This document shows positions 1 to 15,100 of a stretch of DNA of 64,000 nucleotides, one piece after another. Position numbers and translations under genes: made by a program. Origin of the DNA: Lingula anatina (lineage: Eukaryota; Animalia; Brachiopoda); NCBI GenBank assembly GCA_051362555.1, contig CM120640.1:51314788-51378787 (forward strand). Direction: 5' to 3'. The notes beneath the pieces are model-generated. The model ran no database searches, was not told the origin of the DNA, and saw only the letters and a list, made by a program, of their open reading frames with translations. Each line of letters opens with the position of its first letter. The stretch's first letter is position 1.

Positions 1-103
1 CTGCTCATGTCTATCTGATGCTCTAAATACATGATGATGAAAGCCTGTAGAACCAGCTACTGGCTGAATATAATACTGCTCTGTACCATCTTGAAATAAC
101 CCA
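1..103 (-). CDS. ADAM gene coding exon 6 (partial)
   Basis: Acceptor ccctttccag; reads (S)GLFQDGTEQYYIQPVAGSTGFHHHVFRASDRHEQ, a typical ADAM prodomain end. Confidence 0.85.
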
Positions 104-3100
104 CTGGAAAGGGTGAACATATGACACTTTTTCAGTTTTTTGTACTTTTGCCACCATATACAAGCAGAATAAGAGATCTCTTTACCACCAGGTTACAAAA
201 TGAAATGCGTTTTTTTTTTTTTTTTTTTTTCTTTTTTTTTTTTAACAAGTGTCCTGTGCTTTACCAACTAAAACTTATCACAAAATTCTGGAAGAGTGAA
301 TCACTGAAAAAAACTTGCTACAAACCACATCATATATTCTAACTACATAATAGTACCAAAACATGAAAGTCACGGAAGCATGAAATTGTTTATATCTAAT
401 TTTCAGACAAACATGTTAATGGGATGAATAAGGAACAAACATCTAAATAAGACTGCTACAAAGCTATTTTACAATCACTGGCCCTAATACAGTTCACAAA
501 AAAAATTCATTCTTATCAATAAATAATGATTTTCCCAGTATAGATGTACATATGGATCTGTGTGCAGCATTATGAAATTAACGAAACATGTTTCAAGATA
601 AGGAGGACATGGCCTGTGAAGGCAGCATTTTCCTGCTGCTTCTTAGCATTATCAACAAATTTTTAAAGTTTCTAGAGACCTTTTGCATGTAATATTACTT
701 GTGAGGCAGTGGCCATCCTTGCTGGCGACACTGTCAAAAACATTGAGGATTTTTTTACAAATGAATAGACAAATAAGATTTCAAGCTCTATCAATAATCC
801 ATGGACTAGTAAAACATTTAAAATGCTAGAAAGGATCCTATAGCTAGATGTATAGAACTTTGACATGATCACATCATCATATCATATAAAAAGTCAGAAA
901 CTATCTTTTTAAGTTTAATTTCATGCTGTTCTAAGGCGAAAGGCCGCTTTTCTCTGGTTATCCATCAACTGGTTACATTCATACACTACACCTTTTTCGC
1001 ATTAGTGTATGAAGAGAAGAATGCTAGGAAATAGTTAAAGTCAATTTAAAAAGATTTATTCAAAATTAAAATCTTAATGAAAATCAATAATATATTACCA
1101 AAACTGACCGGAGTTGTTGATTATATAGTCAACAGCAGAGAAAACACATCACATTATGTTATTTAACCAATAAACCTTTATTTCCTCAACCACAAAATGA
1201 CCCTTACCTTAACCCATCACAGGTACTTAGTGCTATTAGAGATTCCTCTTCATGTCTGATCTTCCCATGATAAAAACAGTGATGGTTTTTCTGAAAGGAA
1301 ACAAATATGGAACATTTATTGGTTGTTTATTAAATAAATTAAGTATGTTCTCATGTATGTTATTTTTCAATTAGTACAATAGACATCTGATACTTAGTAT
1401 AATTTGTATCAGATAAAATGTGGAATCATTCTTAACAATATGAGAATCAATCTGATATGTTTGTTTTTGAAAGGCACATGATACCACTAAGTCTTTTAAA
1501 ACAAAAGTATCATTGTTTTTTCTTCAGTGCAAACTGCTGTATAACTATTTGTAAAATTAAACTAAACAAAGCCATATGTAACAGGCGTTTCCAAGTATAT
1601 CTCACTGACTGCAGCAAAACACCAATGTTAAGACCAGTTCACACATTGACCAATATGGACTGGAAAAAACTGACCTCACAGATTCTGCTAAACAATCTGG
1701 TTGTCTAATCACATCAATTAGTCTCTATCAAGTCTAAGTTTGTACCAGTGTTAACATGCCTGTAGAGTAATTAATAACTGTGAACAGTAATAGCACCTGC
1801 AGCAAATTTCTAGGGCAAGAACAGAGCATTGTTCAAAGGTGACTAACCCACATATTTCTCACTGTTAACTGACTTTGTTTGAAGTAACCACCCCTCGATT
1901 TCCACCTTTATTCATTAAGCTTTCTGACACTTAACACCCTTGTTCTCAGACCACACGTCTGCTGGAACTGTTCTTACTGCCAGACTGCAAAAACCACAAG
2001 ATCCAGTTATCCAAATTCCTAACAAGTTACTCAACAGAATCAAGGTGCCAAATTTGACTTGTTAATCAGTTTCGTTATCACAATGGCCTTTTTTGTCTCA
2101 CCTAATCAAGTAACAGTTCCATGATACTACACTGCTAGCTGCCTGTTTAAACAGAGAGGTTGCAACCTGGTTGAACATGAAAAACTGGATCAATATGTAG
2201 TTCACTTTCCCAGCCAAAGCATCACTGTCTGCCATGCACATCTACAATGTCATTTATTGGTGCAAACAGCTCTTCCAGAATGTAGACCCTATTCTCACTG
2301 ACAAATCACCACACCCATTGGTGACTTGTTGTCTAACCTAGCAACTGTCTAGCCACAAGAACAGCAAACCTGATACCTTGAACAGTCACTTCAGTGCAAA
2401 GACACCTTTCTAACTAATTTTCATTGTAGTCTGTGATTCCAATTCAGCTAATTACAGTGTACCCTATCAATTTGTTGGTGCAAACCTTAATACTGTTGCA
2501 CAAGCTACAGTGTATACAAACACTTAATATGTTTTAATTTAACTTTTAATCATAATTATTTATGATACATGTCCTTCCATTGCAAATCCATTACTTATAT
2601 ATCTATAATAGACTACAAGCACACGGCAATCTTAGGAGAAAACCCTATCATATTGAGAATTCTTGGTACATCACATAGTGGAAGAAATGCACCTCTCCAT
2701 GGGCAATAGGAAGGGATGAACAATTTATCTTTTTGACAGCAAAAATGCCACTCTAAATCTGTTTGATCTAGGTTCTATGCCAGTAATGAAGCACACAGAT
2801 ATTGCAATAAATGGGTCCACTTTTTCAGAAAAAGACCTCCCCTCCCCCCCTCATTAAAATTTTCTGGTTATGTGTCTTCCCATTCTTATGCCTTGCATAT
2901 GGTAAAGGCAATAAAAACATCAAAATGTATAAATGCAAGTACACTGGCCATTTTACAATTACCAATCAAGCTATCTTAAGAAATACAGCAGGAACACTTC
3001 TCCAAGAGGTAAAAGAGTGCATAACCATTTAATCTCCATTTCATGATCCACAGACTGATTCCATAACTATAGCACTGAACATTAATTTTATAAATGACTT

Positions 3101-6100
3101 TAAAGGCATCAAATCTGTGTGGTTATATAACAAATGAAAGATGGACACCTTCATTTAAAGGATGATGCACATGTGCTGCTGGAAAGAATTCTATTACTTT
3201 CATCACAAGAAGCAGGCTACTTATTTTAATATGCCTCCAGAGTTCAACACACTCAAGTTGTGTCCCATACATATCTGACGTTATTGTCTTAGCTACATCT
3301 GAAGTCCTCATCACATTGCAGATTGCCTTAGAAAAATTTACTGAAAATTCACGCAATACTTACATGATCTTTGTATCTTCTTACTATTGGTTTTCCATTT
3401 GTTGTATGTTTTTCTATAAACTTATCTCCAAATAAATTTCTGAAAAACAGACAAAAAACATACAATGTTATGAAAAGTTTATTACATAACAAATAAACTA
3501 AGAAAATAAAGGATATTGTTGTTGGTCAGTTTCCCAGGAAATTGAAGCCAGGCTTGGTCAAGAGGTCAGACGTGGGCAATACCACTTTTTTATATCTGTC
3601 AGAAGATGATTAATAAGTCTGTATAGCTGCCAATGATATTTTGTTGAAATGATAGCAATTAAGTAATAAATGCCAGCAGCAATACATTGGAATCATATCA
3701 TCCCTTCTACACAATCTTTCCACCCTGTGGTTTAATATTTCTGAACTAGCAATGGGAGTGGTTAGAAGATGCACTGTAGGTCTACGTATGCAATGTTGAA
3801 TATTGAAAAGAATGCCTGTTTTAGTTACATGGCTGCAGAGACACTACTGTGCTGTGTGACTTGTCATTATATTTGACAAGCTAATGGTGGACTGTGAACA
3901 TGACCATCTGCATGCTTATAAACATTAATTAATAGATTCATGGAATCAGAATGTTTTTGGCCTTGATTCAACAGTATCTTGGTTATGAAAATCAATAACA
4001 CCAAGAATATAAATGCATTTTATTCACAAATTATGAGACAATATGTAAAACTATTAATCTGCTACCAAGACCTTTGTAATGAATTCTTTATAATACTTAC
4101 TTATTAAGTTTAAGGTCTAGTGTAAATGTTTTATTAAATGCTTCTACTACTACTTCTACTTCATCCAGATGCTGATTCTGAAAAATAAAATGTTAAATTT
4201 TAACTTCCATGAAAACAATTTCAATCAAATAACAAAATTTTCACGTGTGTTCTTGTACAGTTGAGTAATTGTTAAATAATGAAATTAGCATTGGCACCCA
4301 TTTCCTCAGGATTATCCCCAATATAGATCCCAGTCTGGCACAAATGTATCAACAGGCTACAAGTAATAGAGGCCACCATGTAGCAACTGTCAAACCACAT
4401 TAACTGAAAATTTCAAGGGCCTGCTCATTTCACAGGATGGTGATCTGATATCTTGGTAATGAGGTGTAGGACACACAAGCTATCTTGAAACAGTGTTCTT
4501 TTAATTTAGCTCTGAGACACTTCCCGCTGGCAGCCATGTTCATGGTAACCAACCTCTCAGACTGACAACATGGGTTCATCTTCACCTTTGGCCAATGAAA
4601 TTAGGAAATAAATAGCTCTGGTGTTGGTGGCCGGATACAATACCCTGATAACACAGATCCCCCAGAGGGACTGGTCAGTTTACGGACTAGAAACACAATA
4701 GGGAACATATGGAAGCAATGTATACAGACACATCCACTTCCAGGGTTCTCTTGCAATCTTCTAGTACATTTATCACTGAAGTGTAAGCATTTTCCCCCTG
4801 ACCTACCCTTAACCCAGCAGATGCTTCTGATGTTTGACAAACTGACCAATGCAATCCACCTTCTCAAGTTCTGCACAGGTGGCACTGTATACAGTCTTTT
4901 ACACACAAATCATTACTTACAACTAGTGGTATTAAGAGGGTGTTGAAAGGACATAGTGCTCTCAAAAAGTGTGACAGATATTCAAACATACTTAAAATCA
5001 TTAACTAAGGGAAGCGGATTCGCTTTTTTCATCCTACATTCCAATACAAGGACAAGAAGAAGACAATTGCCTTTCTTGATTATTCCTTTTGTTTGATAAA
5101 TAATAATACAATTTGGGAAATGTTTAATAAGAGATGAAATAAAAACACTGACACAATCAGTCATACATGTTTTATCAAACAAGTGCTACTCCATCAAATA
5201 GCACATTCATTTTATATCTAACAAAATATTTTCAATCATAAGTAAGGGGCTAAATTGAAATATTTTATCCAATTATCCAGTTTCAGAGAAGGCATGAATA
5301 ATTATTCAGTTGAACAGCCTATCTTTTCCCAGATGGCATGTCATGTGACTCCTAGTTAATTAAACCTGATTAATTCATAAAAAAGCATTAGTGTATGAGT
5401 CATTTCCAGGAAAAAATTCATAAACAATACCAAGTCAGAGATAATTTTCCACATGTCAGACTTCTACATTACTTGATTGTTTTCACCACCTGCTGAAGCA
5501 GATGAGTAAATAGTCTTGACTACAGGTATCTGTAATTATTAATTTCAAGCAGCTCTCCCAATACCGCTCAGGCTACAAATTCAGCTGAGAGCTGCCCAGA
5601 AATGAAAGGTTGAACAAAGATATTTTTCATCAAAATAACATTGATTTTTGGTAAATTGAGGTCATACATCAGTTTATGGATAATCCCTCAAGTGAATGAC
5701 TTTCAGGATAATTCTAAAAGTTACAACAAAGCAGCCATGGAAGGTTGAAATTGCTGGGACAAGTAGGCAACCTAACATTAAGTGCAGCTAACAGCTTCCT
5801 CCAAATAATAAACATTTGTAAGGCAAGGCATGAAACCTGCTGTCCAAGGTAAGACATGCCCAGTGAGTGATGTCTTATCTTACAATTATTTTTAGATCAA
5901 CACCATTAGTCAGGCTGGGCAAACCCAATGAGTTAATGAGAAAACTTATAATTTGAAAACAAAAGCAACTAGATACAATATAAACAATTATTATATCTTA
6001 AGCAAACGAAATTGGAATTAGTTCGTCTTTTGATTTCCTTTCTATAATGTGTCCTATTTCATTCGTTTTGAATCAGATATCTGGGATATAAGGTCAGCTG

Positions 6101-9100
6101 ATACCTTGAACATTTAAAGGCAGAAAGGGTAAAATTTCCCTTTCTAAATCAAGTTAGTTTCCTAATTGATATGCATAATAAGTCTTAAATATACCATGTT
6201 TAAAACATCTTGATTAACTTCAATTTTTCTTTTAACATGGAGATTCCTACCATGCCTGAAGAAATTTCAAGGAGAGGTAATGAAAGTCACTGAGGACAGA
6301 TTTGGACAATTTTTTTAATGAAGCATTACGAGCTGACAATAGCTATTAAGTGCAAAATATCCTTATTTATATTTGGAGACTTTTGTAACATTAATTTGCT
6401 TCCTATGCCCCATAAAACCCTTGGGTTTCATTTACTATCAGACAAACTGCAAATAAATCCAATTGAAATAAATGTGTTTCCAAATTCTGAAATTATCTCA
6501 AAATCAGTCCACTTGTGCTTTTTTATCCCGATGCCCATGGAGCAGTTTTTACAATCAAACTCCATACTGTTTACACAGACAAAATCACCACTGAGTGCCT
6601 GCTCCCTGAGGTGCAAAGTTTATGTTCTTAGCAAGCTGATCTTGATTTCTTAAACAATTGGTTATTCATGTAGAATAAAGATTTACATGATACCATGAAA
6701 AAACAGCCTTGGAAGTAAAGGAAGTGTATCCTGGGCAATGCACATTGAGACAGTTGGGGACCTGGCTTTTATACACATTACCCTGTGGTTGAAAACAGCT
6801 CGGTTCTTATAACCTGTCTCCTGCTTGGGTCACCATCCCCAGGACAAGAACTCTAATTAATTATACCAAGTATTAACTAGAACTGATGCCCTCAATAAGT
6901 GTCCTGACACAGCTCTTTAACAATGCCTCTAATGCAACCATACAGCAGCCTCTCCTCCCACTTCCTCCTTCTCTACTGACCTCAGCCCAAGTCACGGCGT
7001 CTCTGGCACTCCGTCTTGTTCTGATCACTGGGACCACTTTTTCAAAGTATGAAAACTCCTCTGTTGCTTTCTGTCGACCATTTCTTACATTTCCTGGGTA
7101 AAAGAATAAAAAGGTAAAGAATAAAGGCAAAGAAGAATAAATGTGCATTTCAGTTTTCATGATTATGGGGCATTAAGCGAAAATGAAATTACATATATGG
7201 ATACTTACCAAAAAAATAATAAAATAAAATAAATAAAATAAAATAAAATAAAATAAAAATAAATTAAAATAATAATATTAATAATATTTCCCATAGCTCA
7301 TTTAGACATTAACAGGAGCATTCCAGTAATAGACTAGACGCTGATCCTGAAAAGAGGCTTATAAAGTAACTTTTAATTCCTTGGCAATCTATACTCAAGT
7401 TTGACACTGGGTTATGATAGACCCATGTATGGCGGTTTATTTCAGGGTGGTCGTCCTATAAAACCAATGGGCCATGACATTAATAGAGGGCACTACAGTC
7501 AGCGAAAGGTGCGAAAAATTGACATTTTAGCCTTGTTGTCAATATTTGGTTGGTAATTACATAATTTTACAAGTGACTTCAATCCCAAAAATCTCTGAAT
7601 CAACCAACAATATTACTTTCAATAAGATAACTGATTTTGAAGGTTAAAGAACGATCTTTTCAAAATCTTAATTAAAACATAGTCTACTTTTTTAAACTAC
7701 TGCGGCAAATTTACTATGTTGGTGGTGTTTGGGTGATCATGTTTCTTTATATATTGCACTGAGAGTAATACAATTTTCCCTGTCCATTAAAAGTTATATT
7801 TCTATCTGTCTTATGAAGTTACACTTGTATTACTTCAATATACTGCTGCACTTCAAACATCGTAAATAACAATTCTGGACCATCAAACCACACTTTTTCT
7901 TTAACAAAAATTAGCTTAAAATATGTTTATTTCATGAGTAAAGGCGTCGAGGTGCAGGCTAAACGATAGACTGCATATAACCAAATTTGCCATTTCTATC
8001 AAGACATATTTTTCATATAAGGTCATACTTGTGAAACTAATAACTGTCATTATGCTGCATTTCAAATTTTTAACACATGGGTTAAAAGCAGGTATTGTAG
8101 TTTTTTAAAGTGCTTTTTTGACTTATGCAGTGCGTAACTGTTCAATAAAACCATTAACAACATGAATACATATATCATTTAAGTCATTGCAATATCTGCA
8201 AAATATCATTATTTTCATCTTTATGGATATCTTCATTATTATCTAATACCTCTCATGTAAGATACAGATGAACATTCAGACATTCTATGGGTTAGGTCCA
8301 TACTGCAGTCTTTGATAAATAATCGAGAAGCAACATGTTTTGTTCTGTCTCCATCAATTTTTTCCTCGATAATGTCACTGCTATCTGCTGCGGCTTGCAC
8401 AAGATCACTTGGCATCATGTCATATGATTACACAACTCCATCCCCTTAGTTTCAGCAATTACTTCTTAAGAAAGTCTAGTTTCTATAACCTTCATAAAGT
8501 CCTACAGTGTAAGTGATGCAATTCAAAAGTTGATTAAGAATTTTTATTTATTTTTTATTTTTTTTAATTAATTTATTTATTTATTTTTTGGAAATGGTCA
8601 TACGGTTCACGGTCATGACTACAACATATCTGCCGCAGTACTCTTTTGTCATTTCAAATAACCTGATAATGCTAATTTTCAAAAAAACCTTTTTAACAAA
8701 CAAAGCCACTCTGCAAATTTGAAGATATGGTTTGGCACTTATGAGGTTTAGGAAACTCTTTTACATAATAAAATAGCAAGAATATTAAGTTGTCAATCTT
8801 TCTATGTGAAATGTACCTTTAATGTGAAAAGACATAAGTTAATTATCTTTCCACAAAGAAAAAACTTGCTTCCAATAATCAGACCATTTCTAGATTCAGA
8901 AAGCCATGTTTTATCATCTTCAAAATCTCATTGTACTAGTACCCATACGATTGCAATGTACATTCTAAAATGTTTTAAGATGAAAAACAATTACAATTTT
9001 GCAGTTTTTAAAAGGAAGTGGACTATTCAAATGCATTCATATTGTTATCAGCTTAAGTGATACTGCAAAGTGTGCACAGCATTCTTTACAAAAACTGTTT

Positions 9101-12100
9101 GTAAAAAAAATCAACAACAAGCCACACACTCTTTGTAAAGAGGAAGTTTTCATGTCATCAGTAGATAAAAACATCCACTCAGGCATGCTGAAACACTTAA
9201 TCAGGCTCAAAGAGGCACACAAATACCCCTGATTGTATCTTTGGTACTCATTGTAGCCTTACTCCACCCTTCTTTATCCTATTATTTTCCACTGCTTATT
9301 TTTAACTGCATAGAATGGTACATTAAGGAAAGAAGAAAGGGGCTCTTGTTTTATTTTTTTCTCCAGTAGACTACTATCAGTATCATTATACATGTTTCTA
9401 CTGAAGTTTGAAAACATAACAAAAGTAAGAGTAGATCTACATGTATCCTTTTCCCTTTTGTATTTTTTTCATAAGCCATAATAAAAGACAAGCATATTTC
9501 CTTAACTTAAATGTGAGTAAGAAAGCCTGCTGATACTTTACCACTGTATGGATACAAATGCAGCCTTTCCAGTAATTCAGGAGGCAATGTCCAGGTTTTT
9601 TTTCTTGAACTTGACTGAAGGGGTCACATACAACTGTGACCACAGACAGAACATATCAATTGTCAGAAACTAAATTGGGAAAATTGAATGAATCCTGCAT
9701 GGACTAAACAGTCTAAATAGAAGGGCACTCCATCATAAAACATCAAACAGACCTCACACCAGGCAATTTTTAAATCACAGAACTCTTATCTTAGTAAAGT
9801 AGAAGTAGATCCTGATAAAAAAAAGTTACAGCTTAATGATATTCATGATTGTCTTCAAACAAAACAACTGCCTGACTAAAAAAAAGTGACATTCCATGAC
9901 AGCTTCTTCATACACAGAGATAACAACTAACAAAGGAAATATATCAAATTTTTTTTAAAGTAAGAATATCACTGATGTCTATCCACCCTACTTTCATTCC
10001 TGTTGAATGCGATTTTTCTATACAGTGCCTATTAATGCCATGATACCTGTCTTCATAAAACACTGTATTCCTTCCTCCTCAAGTAAGATCAAAGACCAAA
10101 GAAATTTTCACAGCCACTTAATAACACACCCTAACAATTCAGTCCATGTCAACTAATATGTAAACTTTCATCTCCTGTTTATTACTGAAATATTTATGAG
10201 GACTTCCTCTGAAAACCCAGTTTTGAATATAAAACAACAATGCTTCAAAGAAAGTGTACATAAAACTTGCATGAAAAACATGTTAATATAAAAATTTGAG
10301 TTTCAAAACTTAATCTCGAATGTTGCTGATCTTTGCATCTCATTCTTTAGCCTGACTCCCTGACAGTAAAATGCAACACAGTATTCAAGTGATAAATTGA
10401 CAATTTTCAAAAAATGAGTCAGACTGAAGATGATAATTTTCTTAGTCTACCAGTAGCATTGCACATTGAAGAGAATGAGAGAGAGAGAGCATGCAGCAAA
10501 ATGTTATTGGGAGGCAGGTGCTTGTATAGGTGTGGAGAGCAACATATTTTATGATACAGTGAACAGATCCCCTGACATTTGTTGATAAGTATTTACAACC
10601 CTTAGTTCCTGCCTTCACCCAAGACTGTAAGGGTCAAAGGGGATTAGCATTACTACCCTGCCATTACTTATCACAATCAATATGCCTGGAGATGAACCAC
10701 CTGGCCAGCAGTATGCAAACCACCAATTACAGAATGGGAAACCAAACAATCATAAAAAATATACCTCAAAATAAGATTACTGCTCACCAGTTACTAGTCT
10801 ACTGTGCAGTTGTCACAAAAGTGCCACACAAGGCATTTTTGTCATAACAGCTCAATGTATCAATTAACAGAAAAATAGACTTTTAAACCTAATTGAATGT
10901 CCGTACTGTAAATCTTATGTAAAAGGAGCATTCCACTGAAATATAAAGTTAAAAGTAATAATTTTAAATCTTTTAACCATTTCCTTAGCCTTTTTTACGG
11001 ATGGGGAAAATCAATGAAGTATCACTGAACCATAACTTCAAATCTATTCCCAAATTTAAATAAATTTCCAATCCTACTGTTCCCTATTAGTGGAATAACT
11101 ATGGGAGTACAACCCCAGGCCTCTACCATGACTGCTGCAATCAATCCTGCCCAGTGACATTCAGTTCATGTGGTAGCTAATGTCATTCCTCAAGTGTAGG
11201 GCACTAAATGTCACCTCAAAGTAAAATAAAATAAATTTCAACAGCCTTCATTGGTCTTGAAGTTGATGAGAAAATGGGCATGTTCATGCCAAGGCAAATG
11301 TGCACGTTGGAGGATGGGAGAGGAAGGGGGCCAAGGGCGGGTGGGCCGTGAGGAGGGGGGGGGGGAGTGAAAGAAAGCACAGATCTTTAAACAGGTGAAA
11401 ATGTGCAGCAGGTACCATGCCTAGGAACCTACATTCAAGACAAATTAATCAGAAGTTGTGAGCAAAAAGAAAAGCTACTCTGTACAGAAAAACTGCAATG
11501 CTGATAACAGGTTGTTTGGTATAAAAGAATCATAACACACCATTTTGTTGGGGTGCTTAAAACAAATTAAACTGAGCTTAATTGAAAGTCATGCCATGTA
11601 ATCTACAACTTTCCCAGTGAGCTTATCTTATTTAATCAAATTTTCATATTCTGAACCAAAAATAAAAACACTAGATATATGCTAGTATATGCTTTTTGCC
11701 ATGGCGCTAGACAGTCATGTTTAGTGCACTCAGTGCTCAAGAAATTAGGAACAATTCTATATTGACACGTATTTGAACTAAACTCCTGTGTTGTCAAGTC
11801 AATATTCACTATATATTGAATTAAGAGATAGATAAGACTACTATCATCAAACAGAAGCTTATGACGCACAGTGGCAAATAGGGTGGATTAAATTTCCTCT
11901 TTTATGTTCTATTTAGTGGCCAGGCAGGGCCCTCCCTGGTACAGTAGCAGCAAAGCAATTCTCACCTGACAACTGTGCAGTCTAATTAAATAATCACTTA
12001 TCAGTCTGATTTACATTTAACAGAGCTATTACTGTACATCAAAGCACTTTGCCTAATGAGAACAGAATGGATAACATACACATCTCTCTTTCATATATAC

Positions 12101-15100
12101 TAGTAATAGAAGCCAAATGGCATTCCTAACAACAATGGATATATATATATATATATATAGACAATGTTGTACACTATTTGTCCAGCATAATAACAAGTTC
12201 ATTCAAAATCAACATAGCAAAAGTCATGCACCAAATATTAGAATAATGTACCCATTTAATGCCATCTACATCAAGATAAGAAGATAACACACAACTTCCA
12301 CCTTTTACACCTGTAAACAAGGATGACATCTTAACCCGTGCCACACACAATGACAGCATGCATGAAGCTTGGCCCTGGACCAACTCTGGTGTACTATACC
12401 ACACTCAGTGTGCACAGATGTACAGAGTGGTAGCAAGAGACTTCTTGCCACCAGACAAAATGTCAATAAGCACTTGCCTATTTAACCTTAGATGATACCC
12501 AACGCAAATGTTGTCATTGTGGAATTCTGCCACATTATTGCTTTAGGCTTCGTTCACATGCAATGTCTATTTTCTAAATTCTATTTTCTATTCGCGGCAT
12601 GTGTTGTGATCACGGTCTGTGCCCTGAATATCCCGCGGCGTAATTACTGGCAGCGCAAGCCAGTTACTATAAGTTACTATAAGTAACTGTCTCGCGCTGC
12701 CAGTAATTACGAAAATAGACATTGCATGTGAACGAAGCCTTAAATAGGATGAGGATATTGGAAAATTGTCTTTATTTGTAATTTCATACTTGAACAATAA
12801 TTTGTTCCCAAAATACCATCACTTTGCATTATAGCTGACCTTGCAACCATTACCAAAATGGAAAGTTTAACCTGCTGCTCTAAGTTGAGATTCAAAACAA
12901 GAATTAAGACAAACTGGCCATCTTTTATGCTTTATTCATAGAGAGAATACTACAAGCAATATCGAGAAAATTAACACTTCCCAGGCATGGAACCTCTATG
13001 TCTGTCAATTTCATCCTGCTTTACTGATCCACTGATACTCCAGCAAATCAATAAGCATGTTGACGGGGTAAATATATCATAAATACTGCATCCTATTAGA
13101 AAAGCAGCCAGGGATGTACAGTACCATCACATTTGTTGTTTACATTTTATCTTTAGATCTATATGGAAGAGTAGCCATTACATAAAGGTGCCAAATGTGT
13201 GAGAGGAAACTACTGTCTAGTGCACTTTAACGGTTATTTTTGCCCTGCCAATCCCTAATCAGTAGCGTCTGTAAAAATCACCACCATGATTCAGTTCGCT
13301 TATAAGCCATCTTTTCTTTGTAGACCAAGAGCATACCTGACAGTGATACAATACCACCAGAACTCAAAATATACACAACTGCCAGTTCACTAATGTAATA
13401 TTTGCCTGAACTGCTCTTTAGCCTAACAGTTTTATGACCCCATTGCCTGGGTTAAATCCTAAGGCAAGGTTCTAGTGCTTTGTGTATTACCTGGCATAAT
13501 GTCAGTATTACCTCAAGGGACAGGTAGACAGCATGCAGTGTTAGTTTATTTATGTTATGGGCAAGCACAATGGGACTGTATTTTTGATTAAAATATCAAA
13601 ATATACCATAAATCTCATCTCCACATTTTATGGGGCTTGTGAGGGCCTAGAGACTAGCTGTGTACACAGGTAAAAACCATAGATACCCATCCTCTCTCAC
13701 CTAATACTCAGTATATGCTCACCTATGTTTAATGAATATGATATGGGCTACAACATAAACCAGGCTACCAGTTACATAATTTCTGACATCTAATTCAATC
13801 AATATCATCCGATGTACCACCAACAGCAACATCTAACATGTTACTTCATTCTGTAGCCAGAGTTTAACTGTTTAGGGTCAATGCATGCTTGACCGATAGG
13901 AAAGATAAAACAGGGATGTCTAGATGCTTACTATTTTAGTTGAGAAATTAATATTCAGACAAGAATGGTTCTTTTAGTGTGTTTGAAAGCTAATGCTATA
14001 ATGTACAACCAAAGAAGATGTTCATGCTAAAAAGTGATGCAAACCAGCATACCAATTTAAGCTCCCAAACATATATATACATTAAACTGTACATTTTTTA
14101 ATGATTTTACTCTTCTGATATAGTCTAGTATAATACTCAGGGGCGGATCCAGAGTTATTTTCTGACAGTCTTCCAATTTATCTTTGTTGATCCATCCTCC
14201 ATTTTTGACCGTCTTCCGACAGAAAAAAATAGATAACCGTCAATGTAAACTTGAAAATCTGACCATCTTCCGGAAGACCCAGAAACTTGTTTATTAAAAG
14301 AAATATTTGTTGAATTGAACAAAGGATAAGGCAACATTTCAAATAAGTAGTCAACAAAAATTATCACTTCCTATAGCAATCTATCTTTTACTAATAAACA
14401 GACCTTTGGTTACTTTTCATAGCCAAAACTGCAACGGACATCCTCAACCTCATATGTTACAGAAGTTTGAATCAACAAGAGATTGATTAACTAAGTATTC
14501 CGATTGATGCATCCCACATCCTTAAGAATTCTATACCTTATCCCATCCCAATATATTAAACATCCTCTATGACATCATGGTTTTTAGTTTTTCTTCTTAT
14601 CTGTTATCTTTCCGACTAATAGTTTTGCACAAGATGCTTATTATAACTAGGGTCCTTTTAAAAACTCCTGGTGATTGCATCTTTTAGCATAACACATATT
14701 ACTCTGTTAACATATCATGCAAACCTCAATCATTGCAAAATAAACAGGTATCTCTTTGAATATGTATTTCTCTACTGATCTCCCTTTTTTTTTACTATCT
14801 GGCCCTGAACTAGACTCAAGAACAGTTGTAAGGGAAGCAACTCCTTAGGATGTCCTGGGTTTTGAAGTACAGTGGAATATACAAAGTGGCAAGTGTAGTA
14901 GCTTCCTAATTGTTATGACTCACTTTACAGCAATAAAAATCCATTGATATAAAAAAATTAAAAATATGAATATTGCACCTTCATCATAACAGTCAAAAAG
15001 ACATACAAAAGAAAGACAGGCAAAAAGTAAAAATGTTATTTTCAAATATTTACCAAAAATTACTTTGAAAATTTCAACATACAGATACAATTAACACAGT

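Noticed and set aside
4601-4906. 101-aa Cys-containing ORF inside ADAM intron 2
   Set aside because: GTG start, no family motif, and the ADAM exon chain is complete without it.
7488-8700. Slightly CpG-richer stretch suggesting an old DNA transposon
   Set aside because: No TIR pair, TSD or coding remnant could be identified.
14138-14810. caggggcggatccag start of a hAT-like element
   Set aside because: The matching end is degenerate and no TSD was found, so boundaries are not supportable.
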